DNA of 64,000 bases from positions 1 to 64,000 of the forward strand of contig JAWMAR010001270.1 of the NCBI GenBank assembly GCA_036785375.1, given 5' to 3'. The notes under the pieces were generated by a model. The model was not told where the DNA came from. It was given only the letters and a program-made list of their open reading frames with translations, and searched no databases. This DNA comes from Leucoraja ocellata. Its lineage: Eukaryota. The position numbers and the translations under genes are program-made. Within the stretch, counting starts at the first letter, position 1, and every line of letters starts with the position of its first letter. This document shows, one piece after another, positions 36,781-50,475 of this stretch.

Positions 36781-38460
36781 AGAACCGGCCTCCACCGCCT
36801 TCTGAGGCAGAGAATTCCACAGACTCACAACTCTCTGTATGAAAAAGTTATTCTTCATCTCCGTTCTAAATGGCTTACCCCTTATTCTTAAACTGTAACC
36901 CCTGGTTCTGGACTCCCTTCAAAATCGGGAACATGTTTCCTGCCTCTAGCTTGTCCAACCTTATATGTTTCAATAAGACGCACTCCCATCCTAAATTCCA
37001 GAGTATACAAGCCCAGCGGCTCCATTCTATCAACATATGATAATCCCACCATCCTGGGAATTAACCTGGTGAACCTACCTACGCTGCACTCCCTCAATAG
37101 CAAGAATGCCCTCCTCAGATTTGGAGACCAAAACTGCAATAAATATTCCAGGTGTGGTCTCACTAGTGCCCTGTACAACAGCAGAAAGACCTCTTTGCTC
37201 CTGTACTCAACTCCTCTTGTTATGAAGGCCATTTGCTTTCTTCACTGCCTACTGTACCTGCATGCTTACTTTCAGTGACTGATGAATAAGGACCCCCAGA
37301 TCCCGTTGTACTTGCCTTTTTCCCAACTTGACACCATTTAGATAATAACCTGCCTTCCTGTTTTGCCACCAAAGTGGATAACCTCACATTTATCCACATT
37401 AAACGGCATCTGCCATGCATCTGCCCACTCACCCAACCTGTCCAAGTCATGCTGCATCCTCATAGCATCCTCCTCACAGGTCACACTGCCACCCAGCTTT
37501 GTGTCATTCGCAAATTTGCTAATGTTATTTTTAATCCCTTCATCAAAATCATTAATGTATATTGTAAATAGCTGCAGTCCCAGCACCGAGCCTTGCGGTA
37601 CCCCACTAGTCACTGCCTACCATTCTGTAAGGGACCCGTTAATCCCTACTCTTTTTTTCCTGTCTGCCAACCAATTTTCTATCCGTCAGCACTCTACCCC
37701 CCAATACCATGTGCCCTAATTTTGCCCACTAAGCTCCTATGTGGGGCCTTATCAAATGCTTTCTGAAAGTCCAGGTACACTACATCCACTGGCTCTCCCT
37801 TGTCTATTTTCCCAGTTAAATCCTCAAAAAATTCCAGAAGATTAGTCTAGCATGATTTCCCCTTCGTAAAACCATGCTGACTCGGACTGATCCTGCTACC
37901 TGTACTGTTATCCAAATGTGTGGCTATTTCATCTTGTATAATTAATTCCAGCATCTTCCCCACCACCGATGTCAGGCTAACTGGCCTATAAATCCCTGTT
38001 TTCTCTCTCCCCGCCTTTCTTAAACAGTGGGATAACATTAGCTACCCTCCAATCCACAGGAACTGATCCTGAATCTACAGAACATTGGAAAATAATCACC
38101 AATGCATCCATGATTTCCAGAGCCACCTCCTTAAGTACCCTGGGATGCAGATCATCGGGCCCTGGGGATTTATCAGTCTTCAGTCCCATCAGTCTACCCA
38201 ACACCATTTCCTGCCTAATGTGCATTTCCTTCAGTTCCTCTGTCACCCAAGATCTTATGGCCACTGGTACATCAGGGAGATTGTTTGTGTCCTCCTTAGT
38301 GAAGATGGATCCAAAGTACCTGTTCAACTCGTCTGCAATTTCCTTGTTCCCCATAATAAATTCACCTTTCTCAGTCTTCAATGGTCCAACTTTGATCCTA
38401 ACTTTTTTTTCCTCTTCACATACCGAAATAAGCTTTTAATACCATCCTTTATATTCTGGG
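36780..38460 (-). mobile_element. CR1 LINE ORF2 remnant (continues at 41402-41990 after the Rex1 insertion)
   Basis: GVPQGSVLG...FANDTK and KSPGPDDLHP on the minus strand. Confidence 0.9.
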
Positions 38461-38467
38461 CCAATTT

Positions 38468-41032
38468 CAGATTCAGATTCAGATTCAATTTTAATTGTCA
38501 TTGTCAGTGTACAGTACAGAGACAACGAAATGCATTTAGCATCTCCCTTGAAGAGCGACATAGCAAACGATTTGAATAAAAAAATAATAAGTGTCCGGGG
38601 GGGGGGGGGGGGGGGGGTGATTGGCAGTCACCGAGGTACGTTGTTGAGTGGAGTGACAGCCGCCGGAAAGAAGCTGTTCCTCGACCTGCTGGTTCGGCAA
38701 CGGAGAGACCTGTAGCGCCTCCCGGATGGTAGGAGGGTAAACAGTCCATGGTTGGGGTGAGAGCAGTCCTTGGCGATGCTGAGCGCCCTCCGCAGACAGC
38801 GCTTGCATTGGACAGACTCAATGGAGGGGAGCGTGGAACCGGTGATGCGTTGGGCAATTTTCACCACCCTCTGCAATGCCTTCCGGTCGGAGACAGAGCA
38901 GTTGCCATACCATACTGTGATGCAGTTGGTAAGGATGCTCTCGATGGTGCAGCGGTAGATGTTCACCAGGATCTGAGGAGACAGGTGGACCTTCTTCAGT
39001 CTCCTCAGGAAGAAGAGACGCTGATGAGCCTTCTTGATCAGAGTAGAGGTATTGTGGGTCCAAGAGAGGTCATTGGAGATGTTGACTCCCAGGAACCTGA
39101 AGCTAGAAACACGTTCCACCTCCGTCCCGTTAATGTGGATGGGGGTGTGCGTGCCGCCTCTGGACTTCCTGAAGTCTACAATGAGCTCCTTGGTCTTCTT
39201 GGAGTTAAGGGCCAGGTTGTTGTCAGCGCACCATGCTGCTAAGTGCTGGACCTCCTCCTGTAGGCCAGCTCATCGTTGTTGCTGATGAGGCCAATCACCG
39301 TTGTATCATCTGCATACTTGATGATGGTGTTAGTACCATGTACAGGTGTGCAGTCATAGGTGAAGAGGGAGTAGAGGAGGGGGCTCAGCACACAGCCCTG
39401 AGGAACGCCGGTGTTCAGGGTGAGGGTTGAAGAGGTGTGCTTGTCTAACCTCACAGACTGGGGTCTGTTGGTTAGAAAGTCCAGTGTCCAGTTGCAGAGG
39501 GAGGGGTCGATGCCCAGGTTACCGAGTTTGGTGATCAGTTTTGATGGAATAATGGTGTTGAATGCTGAGCTGTAATCGATGAACAGCATTCTTACATAAG
39601 TGTCTCTGTTGTCGAGGTGGGAGAGGGCGGAGTTAAGTGCCGTTGAGATGGCATCCTCCGTACTCCTGTTCTTGCGGTAGGCAAACCGATAGGGATCCAG
39701 TGTGGGGGGTAGGCAGCTTTTTGAGGTGTGCCAGGACCAGCCTCTCGAAGCACTTGGTGATGATGGGGGTAAGTGCAACTGGGCGGAAGTCGTTGAGGCT
39801 TGCCGCAGTGGAGTGTTTTGGCACTGGCACGATGGAGGTGGCTTTAAGGCAAGTGGGGACAACTGCTTGGGCAAGTGACAGGTTGAAGATGTCAGTCCAG
39901 ACGTCTGTCAGCTGCGCAGCACAGGCCCTGAGCACGCGCCCGGGGATGCCGTCAGGGCCAGCAGCCTTTACGTGCATTAGTCCTACTCAGTGCCACATAC
40001 ACGTCGTAGGGGGTGAGTGTGAGGGGTTGGTGATCGGCAGGTAGAACAGCCTTGATGGCTGTCTCTAGATTGTCCCTGTTGAAGCGGCCATAGAAGTGAT
40101 TAAGCTCCTCAAGGAAGGAGGCGTCGCTGGATGTGGGGGTGATGTTGGAGGGTCTGTAGTCCGTGATGGCCTGGATGCCTTGCCACATGCGTCGGGGGTC
40201 GGAGTTGTTGTTGAAGTGCTCCTCAATCCTGAGCTCATGGCAGTGCTTGGCCTTCCTGATGCCCCTCTTCAGGTTAGCCCTGGATGAACTGTAGGCTCGA
40301 GCATCGCCTGACCTGAAAGCGGTGTCCCGTGCTTTCAGCAGTAGCCTGACCTCGCTGTTCATCCATGGCTTCTGATTCGGGTATATTTGAGGGAGGTGAC
40401 ACTATTGATGGTGCAGTTTATAAAGTCCAGAACAGAGGATGTGTAGGAATCCATGTCCGTGTGAGAGTCAAGGGTGGCCTGGGCTGCAAACGCCTTCCAG
40501 TCAGTGTTTCCAAAACACTGCTGAAGTGTGAAGTCCGCTTCCTCTGACCAGACTTTAACTGTCCTTACAGTTGGTTTAACCCGTCTGATGAGTGGGAAGT
40601 ACTTAGGGAGCAGGAACAATGAGACGTGATCAGACTGACCAAGGTGGGGGAGAAAAGATGGCGTTGTAAGCTTCAACCATGTTGGTGTAGACTTTGTCCA
40701 GTGTCTTGTCTACTCTAGTGGGGAAGGATACATGTTGGTGGAATTTGGGGAGTACAGTCTTCAGTTTGGAGTGATTGAAGTCACCCGCAACAATGAAGGC
40801 TGCCTCGGGGTTGTGCCTCTGTTTTTTGCTAATGGCAATATGCAGCTCTTTCATTGCAAGCTTGGCATTAGCATCAGGAGGGATATAGGCTGCAGTCACA
40901 ACAGTGGAGGTGAACTCTCTGGGCAGATAGAACGGTCTGCATCTAACCAAGAGGAACTCAAGGTTAGCTGAGCAGTGACTCTCGATGATGGTGGAGTCCG
41001 TGCACCATGCTTTGTTTACATAAATGCACAGA

Positions 41033-41063
<31 letters not shown>

Positions 41064-41401
41064 TGGTCTTACCAGAGTCTGATGTCCTGTCCGCTCGGAG
41101 TAAATGACGCCCCGATAACTGGATGGCGCTGTCAGTGTTGAGCCAAGTTTCAGTGAAGATCAAGATGTTGCAGTCCTTGATCCGGTTGTGGGAGGTGATC
41201 CTTAGCCGGAGTTCATCCATTTTGTTTGCCAGTGAGCGCACGTTGGCGAGGAAAAGGCTAGGAATCGCTGCCCTGTGTGGGGCTAGCTCTAACCTGGCCT
41301 TTAACCCATCTCTGCGTCCCCGGCGGTGTTTTCGTACCCGTCGCCGTCTGTTGGTGCTTCTGGTGGGCCGAGCAGGCTTGGTGCGCGCTGGTGTTCTGCC
41401 G
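38468..41401 (-). mobile_element. Rex1/Babar-clade LINE (APE endonuclease + RT, frameshifted), nested in CR1, apparent TSD CAATTT
   Basis: ORFs with [39 protein letters not shown] and YADD. (GAATCT)n 3' tail. CAATTT at 38462-38467 and 41402-41407. Absent from the paralogous site at ~1430. Confidence 0.88.
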
Positions 41402-42776
41402 CAATTTACCTTCGTACCTCATCTTTTCTCCCCGTATTGCCATTTGTTGCTCTTTAAACGTTTCCCAATCTTCTGGCTTCCTGTTCATCTATGCTATTTT
41501 ATATGTCTTCTCTTTTTATTTTTATATTGTCCCTGACTTCCCTTGTCAGCCACGGTCGCCGCTTACTCCCCTTGGAATCTGTCTTGCTCTTTGGAATGAA
41601 CTGATCCTGCACCTTCAGTATTATTCCAAGAAATACCTGCCATAGTTGAATCCATTGCCATCCCTGCTAGGGTATCTTTCCAGTCAACTTTGGCCAGCTC
41701 TTCCCTCATCGTTTCATAGTCCCCTTTGTTCAACTGTAATACTGACACCTCCGATTTATCCTTCTCCCTCTCAAATTGTAGATTAAAATTTATCAGATTA
41801 TGGTCACCACCTCCTAATGGCTCCTTGACATCGAGTTCCCTTTATCAAATGCGGTTTATTACACAACACTAAATCCAAAATTGCCTTCTCCCTGGTAGGT
41901 TCCAGTACAAGCTGCTCTAAGAATCCATCTCGGAGGCACTCCACAAACTCACTTTCTTGGGGTCCAGTACCAGCAACTGCAGCTCCTTCACACACATTGT
42001 ATCGTATCGTAGTACCTGAAATTTGAAAATATAATGTTCAAACCATTAGTTTGTAAGCTACTCAAGTGAAATGTAAAGTGCTGGTCTTCCAGTTTGTGTG
42101 TTGGTCTCACTCTGGCAGTGGGGGACGGAAAGGACGGAAAGGTCGGTATGGGAAGGAAAAGGTACGTTCAATTGGTTAGCAACCCAGAGCTCCAGCTGGC
42201 CTTCGCGAACAGGGCAAGGTTCGCGATCTAAAATATCGTCTGTCCATTCCTTCCGCCGATGCTGCCTGACCCGCTGAGTTCCTCCAGCATTCTGTTCTTT
42301 GCTGAAGGAACACAGCAGATTAGAGGTATCCATTTGCTCTATAGGTGCTGGATAGCTTGTTGGGTCCGTCGAGCAGTACAAAAATAATTTACGTGGAACG
42401 AGAAAACTAGTAAAATACACTGAAGAACAGAATTTTGTTTGTGGTAGAAAAGTACTGGAATAATACAACGGTGATATGGACGTTTCGGGTCCCTTCATTC
42501 AGTCCCAACACCTGCAGTTCCTCGTGTCTCCATTTTGTTTGTGTAATTCAATTAGTGATAGCTTCTGCTCTCGGGATTCTTTAGTGCTCCCGGGAGGTCT
42601 CGGAGAAAATTCTACATCAAGCATAAATGTTTCACCTGGGAGATGAGATGGGATGCCTTAAAATAAAACGAAATATGAAACCCACTGCACTGTCACATGA
42701 TATCCGGCGTCATGAAATACACGAATCTTTGAAGAGGCTTCCTCATTTGCAGCAAGCGACCGCCTCATTTTGCAAA

Positions 42777-42831
42777 ATGTCGTTTGGAGCATCAGTTCGA
42801 TACATGACTCTTCTGGCTACAGTTTGGCACG
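42777..42831 (+). CDS. Gene C exon 1: signal peptide (identical to gene A leader)
   Basis: 55 nt, donor G|GTACGT. Confidence 0.8.
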
Positions 42832-43224
42832 GTACGTTTACATACATGTGGGGTTTACGAATCTCATGTCATATTTTATATTATTCTATTTTTAAAAAAG
42901 ACATGTAGTTCTAGAGTAATTCCGTGGGTCAGGCAGCATCTAAGGAGAACGTGGATAGGTGACGTTTCGGGTCGAAACTACTTCAGAATCTAAAGAAGAC
43001 TCTTGGCCGCTGAGTTACTCCAGCACTCGGTATCTTTTTTTGTTAACCAATTCCTTGTATCTCCTTAGAATATTCTATGTTGGTTACCAAGCACGAATTT
43101 AGTTACAATGCTTCTTAATTCGTTTATGCCCGATTCTAGTTTATTTTGAATTTTTCAACTCTTTGCTCATTTTGCTTGTCCGGGTGGCCAACTGTTTTCA
43201 GTATTCTTGTTTTATTTCTGGCAG

Positions 43225-43530
43225 CGTTCGAAGTAACTTCAACCAAAGTGGACCAATTCCCTAAAGACCTGACCGTCCACAGAGGAGGCAATGCGTCCAT
43301 GTTCTGCACATTCTCAATACAACAAGTTACTCCTGATGTTTACTGGTGGAGATGGGGCGAGAAGACATTTATAGAACCAGACAGCAGAAAACAATTTTCT
43401 ATCAGAAAGGGCAGTGGGGATTTCATTCTCCTGAATACGAAAATCGCGGACTCCGGAGTTTATTATTGTAAAGTGAAACAACAGCAGCAATCTATCGGAG
43501 ATGGACCTGGCTCAAGGCTCACCGTGTTCG
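43225..43530 (+). CDS. Gene C exon 2: VJ-type Ig V domain (2 aa differences from gene A)
   Basis: AG/GT boundaries, phase 1/1, 306 nt. DSGVYYCKVKQQQQSIGDGPGSRLTV. Confidence 0.92.
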
Positions 43531-46063
43531 GTAAGTGCCCTGTAAGGGAGACATTTTAAGCTTCCTGGGGTACAAGTAAAGCTCGCTGATATGAATAACA
43601 TGACATTTTATAACGGCAAAAACTCGATAAGATTTATACCATAAAAACAAACCGTTCCAAATCTGATATATTTAAATAATCCGTAAGTGGGTCAGCATCT
43701 GTGTAGAGATAAAATGTCCTTTTCCTCATTTCGTACTTCTCCAGAGATTTTCCATTGCTCTCCTGCAGATTCGCGCTGTCCACTTTGGCGTTATTGCCCA
43801 CGATTCAGATTCACCCTTTACTACCCTCCATGGTGTGCTTGAATGTATTTACATCAAATGACTTAGATTAAAAGGTTGTTTAGAATTGTTTTTCATGGAC
43901 AAGGTTGAAGCCACGTGGATGTTTTAATCTCAGTTGTGATAGGAATGTCCCATTTCTGCTCCCGAAGACAACGGAATAATGTTAACACCTCCATCCTGGA
44001 TAGGTTCTTTAAAACAATATTCAAACGCCACCACTCTACGCCAATAGTGGTTACAATCTCATAAGAATAGTGTTTACAGTCCATATTGATTCACACATAA
44101 TTTTCGCTTTTTACGCGCCACCTTACAAATTATCTCCGAAATCTGTAATCATTTAATCACTTAAAGTCTGGAAACAAGAAAATAAATCGATCTCTCGAGA
44201 TTGGGATGTTAGAATATTAATTTTGATTAGGTATCGTGTGGTATGTGACAACAGGGTTTGTGACACAGAGACCTGACACAAAAACCATCCACGATTGAAT
44301 TGAACAACGGAGCGGCCTCGGCCTTAAATATTCTACTCTCATTCGTCGCCTGTAAACGAAGCTGAACCCCGGATCAAACCACCATGGTTATTATACAGAT
44401 GAATCCTATAAACCGTTGAGAGGTTTGATTTGCTCGATTCTTACTCCAGGGACAGAATATCACCGTCTCACTCCGAGGATTCTCATTAAACCCTTAACCT
44501 TTATAAAATACGAGTTAGATTAAACGGCATTGGGGCAAACGCCTGAGCTCCCGTCCTTACAATTACATTCTTACATGACTCAACCACGTTTCCCACAAGA
44601 ATCAGTCTCTCCACGTTTCCCCCCAATTATTCATTCTATCTAAATAGATCTGTGTTCGTGCCACAGATTAATTTTACGTTTTAGCTGATGATGCACTCGC
44701 CGAGGCTGAGAATAAACATTGAGGTATCCCCCGAGTTCAATAAAGAAACCGATTCAACAACCTGTTACTAAAGAAACGGAATGTAAAAATATTTAAAACT
44801 TATGAAACTCGTAGTCATCAACTCGTAGAGCGATTTAACAACCTACTAACTACCTACTGATTGTAGATCCGACGGAGGTAGATCATCGTTCGCAAATGAC
44901 CCACTCTGCTGATATAAGTGAAATCTTATTCAGACCAAACGTCTTCAACAAACCGAGTACATTTGGAAAATGGCAAAATTGTAGAAGAGACGTAGTCTAA
45001 TTTGGATTTCCCATTCGCGTATTGTACTTATTGAAGACGTGTCTAATATTTGCACGGCGATACTAATTATCAGTAAATAGATACAAAAAGCTGGAGTAAC
45101 TTAACGGGACAGGCAGCATCTGTGGAGAGAAGGAATGGGTGACGTTTCGGGTCGAGATCCTTCTCCAGACATCTGCATTTCCTTCTTAATAACTATTAGT
45201 ATAACTCTATCATGATCAAATTGCTCAGTTAGCGTTGTGGAGAAACGTCCCGGGCCAAAAGCTGTATCACTCGAGCCCTCCATCCCAGGTATTAAACAAT
45301 TGTGTGGCCCAAGCCTTCATCTATGCAACTACGGCCTGCCTATTGATTATTGATATTAGTGACATCTGGATATATACAGCGCTACATTGGTTAGCGCTGC
45401 CCACAATTTCAGCGACCCAAGTTCGACCCAGATCCTGCGTGCGTCCATATATAGTTCTCCCCTTCAACGCGTAGACATTCCACCGGTGCTCCGGTTTATT
45501 CCGCATGCCACAGATATGCAGGTTGGTAGGAAAACTAGCCTCTGTAAATTGTCCCGGTTGATTGGCCGTGGTGAGGAGTGAAGAGGAAAGTTGACAGGAG
45601 ATGAAAAATGAATACGTGGAGATGGAGGTTTAATGACGCAATAGGTAATCTGGGCTGCTCTGTGCTGTGCTGTGCTGTGCTGTGTATCTCTGTGATATTC
45701 CACTCTACACGTATCATTCTTTACACCAAAATCTCGTAAAAACAGTCATTTTTGAACTGAACATAAAAGGTTGTTGCCATCGATGATACACCCCCGCCAC
45801 GCTACTGATTTGGCACTTCAGAACATTGGCGATTTTTCAGAAGCCCACATATTACCTACATCCAAACCTCGGATTCCTTATGTATTGCTTGGATATATTT
45901 CACTGTCAAATCTAAAACAATAACAAATCAGTGATTGCAAAAGCGATTGTACCGATAACCGATCTGATGGTGGGAGTGCAAGGTCGCGGTGTGACGAGGC
46001 AAACTAGAATGTGATCGTTGAATTGGAAAGAAAATATGCAACATATTTTTTCTTCTGTTACAG

Positions 46064-46354
46064 CTCCGCCAACTCCCCTGAGCATTAGCCAAGTTAATGG
46101 CAGTTCGCCGCCCAGACTTGTGTGTAAAACGGCTGCCTTTTCCCCGAAGGAAGTGAAAATATCCTGGCAAAGAAATGGTGTAACAATTTCCACCGGGGAA
46201 GAACGTGTGAACATCAGTAGCGTGGGGGGGTTGCATGTGGCTTCCAGCTTTCTCCAAGTAACGAAGCCTACCTGGCGCGTTGATATTTACACCTGCCTAG
46301 TGTCACATGTCTCCCTTGAGGTCCCGGCCAAAGTCGACTACACCGTCAAGCCAG
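46064..46354 (+). CDS. Gene C exon 3: Ig C1-set domain (6 aa differences from gene A)
   Basis: Acceptor tctgttacag|, donor G|GTAAGA, 291 nt, C1 motifs intact. Confidence 0.92.
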
Positions 46355-46629
46355 GTAAGACTGGCAAACAGAGCTGGGAACAGAGGGAGACCTCCGATCC
46401 GATTTAGAAATATTGATGGATACAGCTCAAACACGACTAGACGGGCTGAATGTGGACCGTGTTTATTCGCCGCGGGAGTTCGGGCAAACTGACGTATCAT
46501 ATGCTCTCATATGTTTTCTAAATTATATCTGCATCTTCAATATTTATAGTGTCTGTGACGTGGCTAAACCTTCAAGGCTGTCAGAGGTGTTAGCAAACAA
46601 AAAATAATCAAAAAGACACAATCAGTGAG

Positions 46630-48860
46630 ATGGGGATAGAGGTACACGTTCTTTATATATAGTCGGGAAATTACTTTGCAATGTTGAGATATTTCACTAT
46701 TTTGAGGGTATGAGAGAAGGTCTAGCTCAACTTGACTGGGGCAGGTTATTTGATGGGGAGGGAACATCGGCCAAGTGGGATGTTTTAAACGTATGCTGTA
46801 GAGAGCTCAGGGTGTGTACGTCTCCGTTAGAGTGAAAGGCAAAGCAGGCAAACGTAAAGAAGCTTGGCTGACGAGGGAAATTGAGACGTTAGTCAAAAAC
46901 AAGAAGGATGCATGGGACAGGTAAAGGCAGTTGGGATAAGTGCATCACTGGAGGAGTTTTGGGAAATAAGGAGCAAACTAAAAAAGGAGATCAGAAGGGT
47001 AAAAATTGTCCAGGAGATAGCTCTGGCGGGTACCATAAAAGACAATCCGAAAAGATTTTGTAAAAACATAAGGGGGGAAAGGATAACCAGAGAGAAAGTG
47101 GGACCTCTCAGGAATAAAAGCGGTCACCTCTGTGTGGAGCCACAGGAGATGGGTAAGGTCCTCAAAGAGTATTTCTCCTCTGCATTTACCAAGGAGAAAA
47201 CAGTAGGATGGAGGAAATTGGAGCAGTTACTGGAAGTGTCATGAGAGCATCGAGGAAGTACTGTCGAGGAAGTACTAAAGGTACTGTCGTGTTTGAAGGT
47301 AGTCAAATCTCTGGGGCCTGGTCGGATATATCAGAGCGCATTGCGGGACACAAGGGAGGAAATTGCGGAGACCCTGGATTAAATGTATGTCGTCCTTAAA
47401 TACAGGAGAGGTGCCAGAGGATTGGTGGGTGGCAAATGTTGTGCCTCTTTTCAAGAAGGACTGCAGGGAAAATGCTGGGAACTATAGGCTGGAGAGCTTA
47501 ACATTTGTCGTTGATAAGTTACTGTAGAGTATTCTGAGGGATAGGTTATACATGCATTTGGACGGGCATGGGCTGATTAGGGACAGTCAGCATGGTTTTG
47601 TACGTGGGACGTCGTGTCTCACAATCTGATTGATTGTTTTTGAAAACGTGGGCAAAAAGGTTGATGAGGGCAGAGCTGTAGATATTGTGTGCATGGATTT
47701 TAATAAGGCATTCGACAAGGTGCCGCATGGTTGGCTGTTTTGGAAGGTTAGATCTCGTGGGATCTAAGGAGAGATAGCTGAATGGATAGTAAATTAGCTC
47801 CATGGAAGAAAATAGAATGTTAGTGGAAGATTGCTTCTCAGAATGGAGGCCAGTGACTAGTGGTGTGCCACAGGGTTCGGTGCTGGGCCCGTTACTGTTT
47901 GGCATCTACATCAATGATTTGGATGAAAACAAACAGGGCAAGATTAGCAAGATTGCTGATGATACAAAAGTTAGTGGTTTTGCAGATAGTGAAGATGGTT
48001 GTGAACGATTGCAGCAGGAACTGGATCGCTTGGCCACGTGGGCAGAGGAATGGTTGATGGAATTTAATACAGAGAAGTTTAAGGTGTTGCATTTTGGGAA
48101 GTCGAACAAGGGCAGGACCTAAACAGTAAATGCTAGAGGTGTAGAGCAGAGGGGTCTAGGAGTACAAGTACATGGTTCCTTGAAGGTCGAATCGCAGGTG
48201 GTCAAAACGGCTTTTGGCACTTTGGCCTTCATCATTCAGAGTATTGAGTATAGACGTTGGTAGGTCATGTTGCAGTGGTATAAGACGTTGGTGAGACCAC
48301 ATTTGGAATATAGTGTTCAGTTCTGGGCACCATGTTATAGGAAAGATATTGTCAATCTTGAAATGGTTCAGAAAAGATTTACGATGATGTTGCCAGGTCT
48401 AGAGCGTGTGTGAGCTATAGGGAGACGTTAAGTAGGCTGGGTCTCTATTCCATGGAGCGTTGGAGGATGAGGGGAGATCTTATAGAAGTGTACACAATTA
48501 TGAGGGGAATAGATCGGGTAGATGCACAGATTCTACCCAGAGTAGGGGAATCGTGGACCAGAGGACATAGGTTCAAGGTGAAGGGGAAAAGATTTAATAG
48601 GAATCCGAGGGGTAACATTTTCACACAGAGGGTGGAGGGTGTAAGTAACAAGCTGCCAGAGGAGGTGGTTGAGGCTGGGACTATCCCATCGTTTAAGAAA
48701 CAGTTGGACAGGTACATGGATAGGAAATGTTTGGAGGGTTATGGACCAAGCACAGGCAAATGGGACTAGGGTAGCAGGGACATTGTTGGCCGGTGTACGC
48801 GAGTTGGGCCGAAGGGCATGTTTCCACACTGTATCATTCTGTGACTGTATGACTCTTCTC
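46630..48860 (+). mobile_element. CR1 LINE ORF2 remnant with intact 3' end
   Basis: RT motifs and ...GYGPSTGKWD* followed by the 3' UTR. Confidence 0.9.
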
Positions 48861-49266
48861 AGAGATTAGTGAATCTTTGTAATTCCCTACCTCGAAGCGT
48901 TGCAGATGTTTGAAAAGTGAGGATTGACTTTTATAGATTTCTGGACAGGTTGGATCACCAACAAGGACAAGGGCAGCAGGTGCATGTGAACACCACGGCC
49001 TGCAGGCTGCCTTCCAAATTGCACACTAGCTTGACTTGGAAATGTATCACTCGTTGACATATAATGCAATAACAATATTGTTCATATTGGAAGCAAGATC
49101 TCCCGTTTATTTTGTAGTGTCCATTTGCCTAATATTTCTATTTTATTTGGATATTTTTTGTAGTACAGTGACACTTGATAAAGCTCTTTACACAAATACA
49201 ATTCTATAGTTTGTTCATTCACTTGTGATAATTGTCTTATTGCTCAATTACTTTTTACGTCTGCAG

Positions 49267-49371
49267 GTTCGGCCAGCGTTGTCCTTGTCCTTCGCAATGT
49301 AGGAGGTACATTGATCATTCTACTGGTGTTGGCTACCTTGAGAATTGTTTTTGGATCAAACTCTGCCAAAG
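49267..49371 (+). CDS. Gene C exon 4: Arg-containing transmembrane exon (GSASVVLVLRNVGGTLIILLVLATLRIVFGSNSAK)
   Basis: Acceptor ttttacgtctgcag|, donor G|GTGAAT, phase 1/1. Arg near the N-terminus of the hydrophobic stretch, aligned with the xVGG motif of the paralogous TM exons. Confidence 0.8.
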
Positions 49372-50308
49372 GTGAATGAAGCTTCATTCTAGAGTTAATC
49401 TTCAAATTCCCTGTAAAATGGTGCTGCGGAGAATCAAATGACGCTACGTGAATTGATGCTATTTGGCCACATTGTCAATAACAAGACCGTGATCCCCAAA
49501 CGGTACAGAATTATATCAGTTCTCCATCCCCAGACTCACAGAGGACAACAATTCCGTCAAGTCTCCGCTATCACCAGTGTTCCAAATTCACTTGTAAAAA
49601 TCCAAAATCAAAAGAGGGCATTGAAAGAGCTTAGAAAAATAAATTGTTAATCATCGTTAATATCAAGGAATACAATGACCGTCTTCTAATCGAACTGTTA
49701 TAAAATAATTGTTCCAATGATGAAACGCCACATGCAGAATTGGAAGATGAGAGCGGTTGTAATTTAGATGTCGCCACTTGGAGCGGTTTCCTTCCTCAAG
49801 TTACAGCTTTGTGCAATTGTTTATCTTGGGCCAATGCATGTTGGATAAATTGATTATTTCCCAAACCTTTGATTTAAAAGTTGTCGGCACGATTGCCGTT
49901 CTTTCTTTCATTTCTGTGGTCAGTCGGGACTCCGCTGAATGTTGTGATTTCTGCATCTGCCCGAATTGGTCCCCATCCCATTGTTTTTGCTTCTGAAGGA
50001 TGGAGCCCAGCCGCGGCTGATCCCTGTCCGATGAAGCGTTGGGAATGTCTTCAAAACTGATGTTCAGATAATTATTCAAAGTATCATTTAGTGGTGACTC
50101 TCTCGCCTTGACTTCGAACCCATCTGGAGACAAAGGCGACAAATCGATTTTAGTCGGGAGCACAAATTGGGCAACAGGGAATCGGCGCCCGTTAGATGTC
50201 TTGTCGGCTCATAATAAGAGTGGTGTAAGAAAATATGTCAACATTCAAAATAACTCACGATCGTCAAATCTCCCCTATAGTACCCAATTGATTTGTCTTC
50301 CTGTCTAG

Positions 50309-50404
50309 GCTCCGTGGTAAAGGTTGACCGATTGGTCGAGACATCAGAGCAAACAATGAACAGAGAGGAACATGGAAAGACCTCCGGGTATGTGATAGAA
50401 ACGG
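50309..50404 (+). CDS. Gene C exon 5: cytoplasmic exon without ITIM (GSVVKVDRLVETSEQTMNREEHGKTSGYVIET)
   Basis: Acceptor gtcttcctgtctag|, donor G|GTAAGA, phase 1/1. An alternative donor after 50387 is possible. Confidence 0.55.
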
Positions 50405-50475
50405 GTAAGAACGCTAGGGGACTTATCACAATAATTCAGTTGATATAAACTTTAAATGTTTTGTTTCTTTAACAG

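Larger units (their letters stand above)
37917..48545 (+). repeat. Segmental duplication copy 2, paralogous to 888-8236
   Basis: As above. Both ends continue into uninterrupted CR1 sequence in this copy. Confidence 0.9.
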
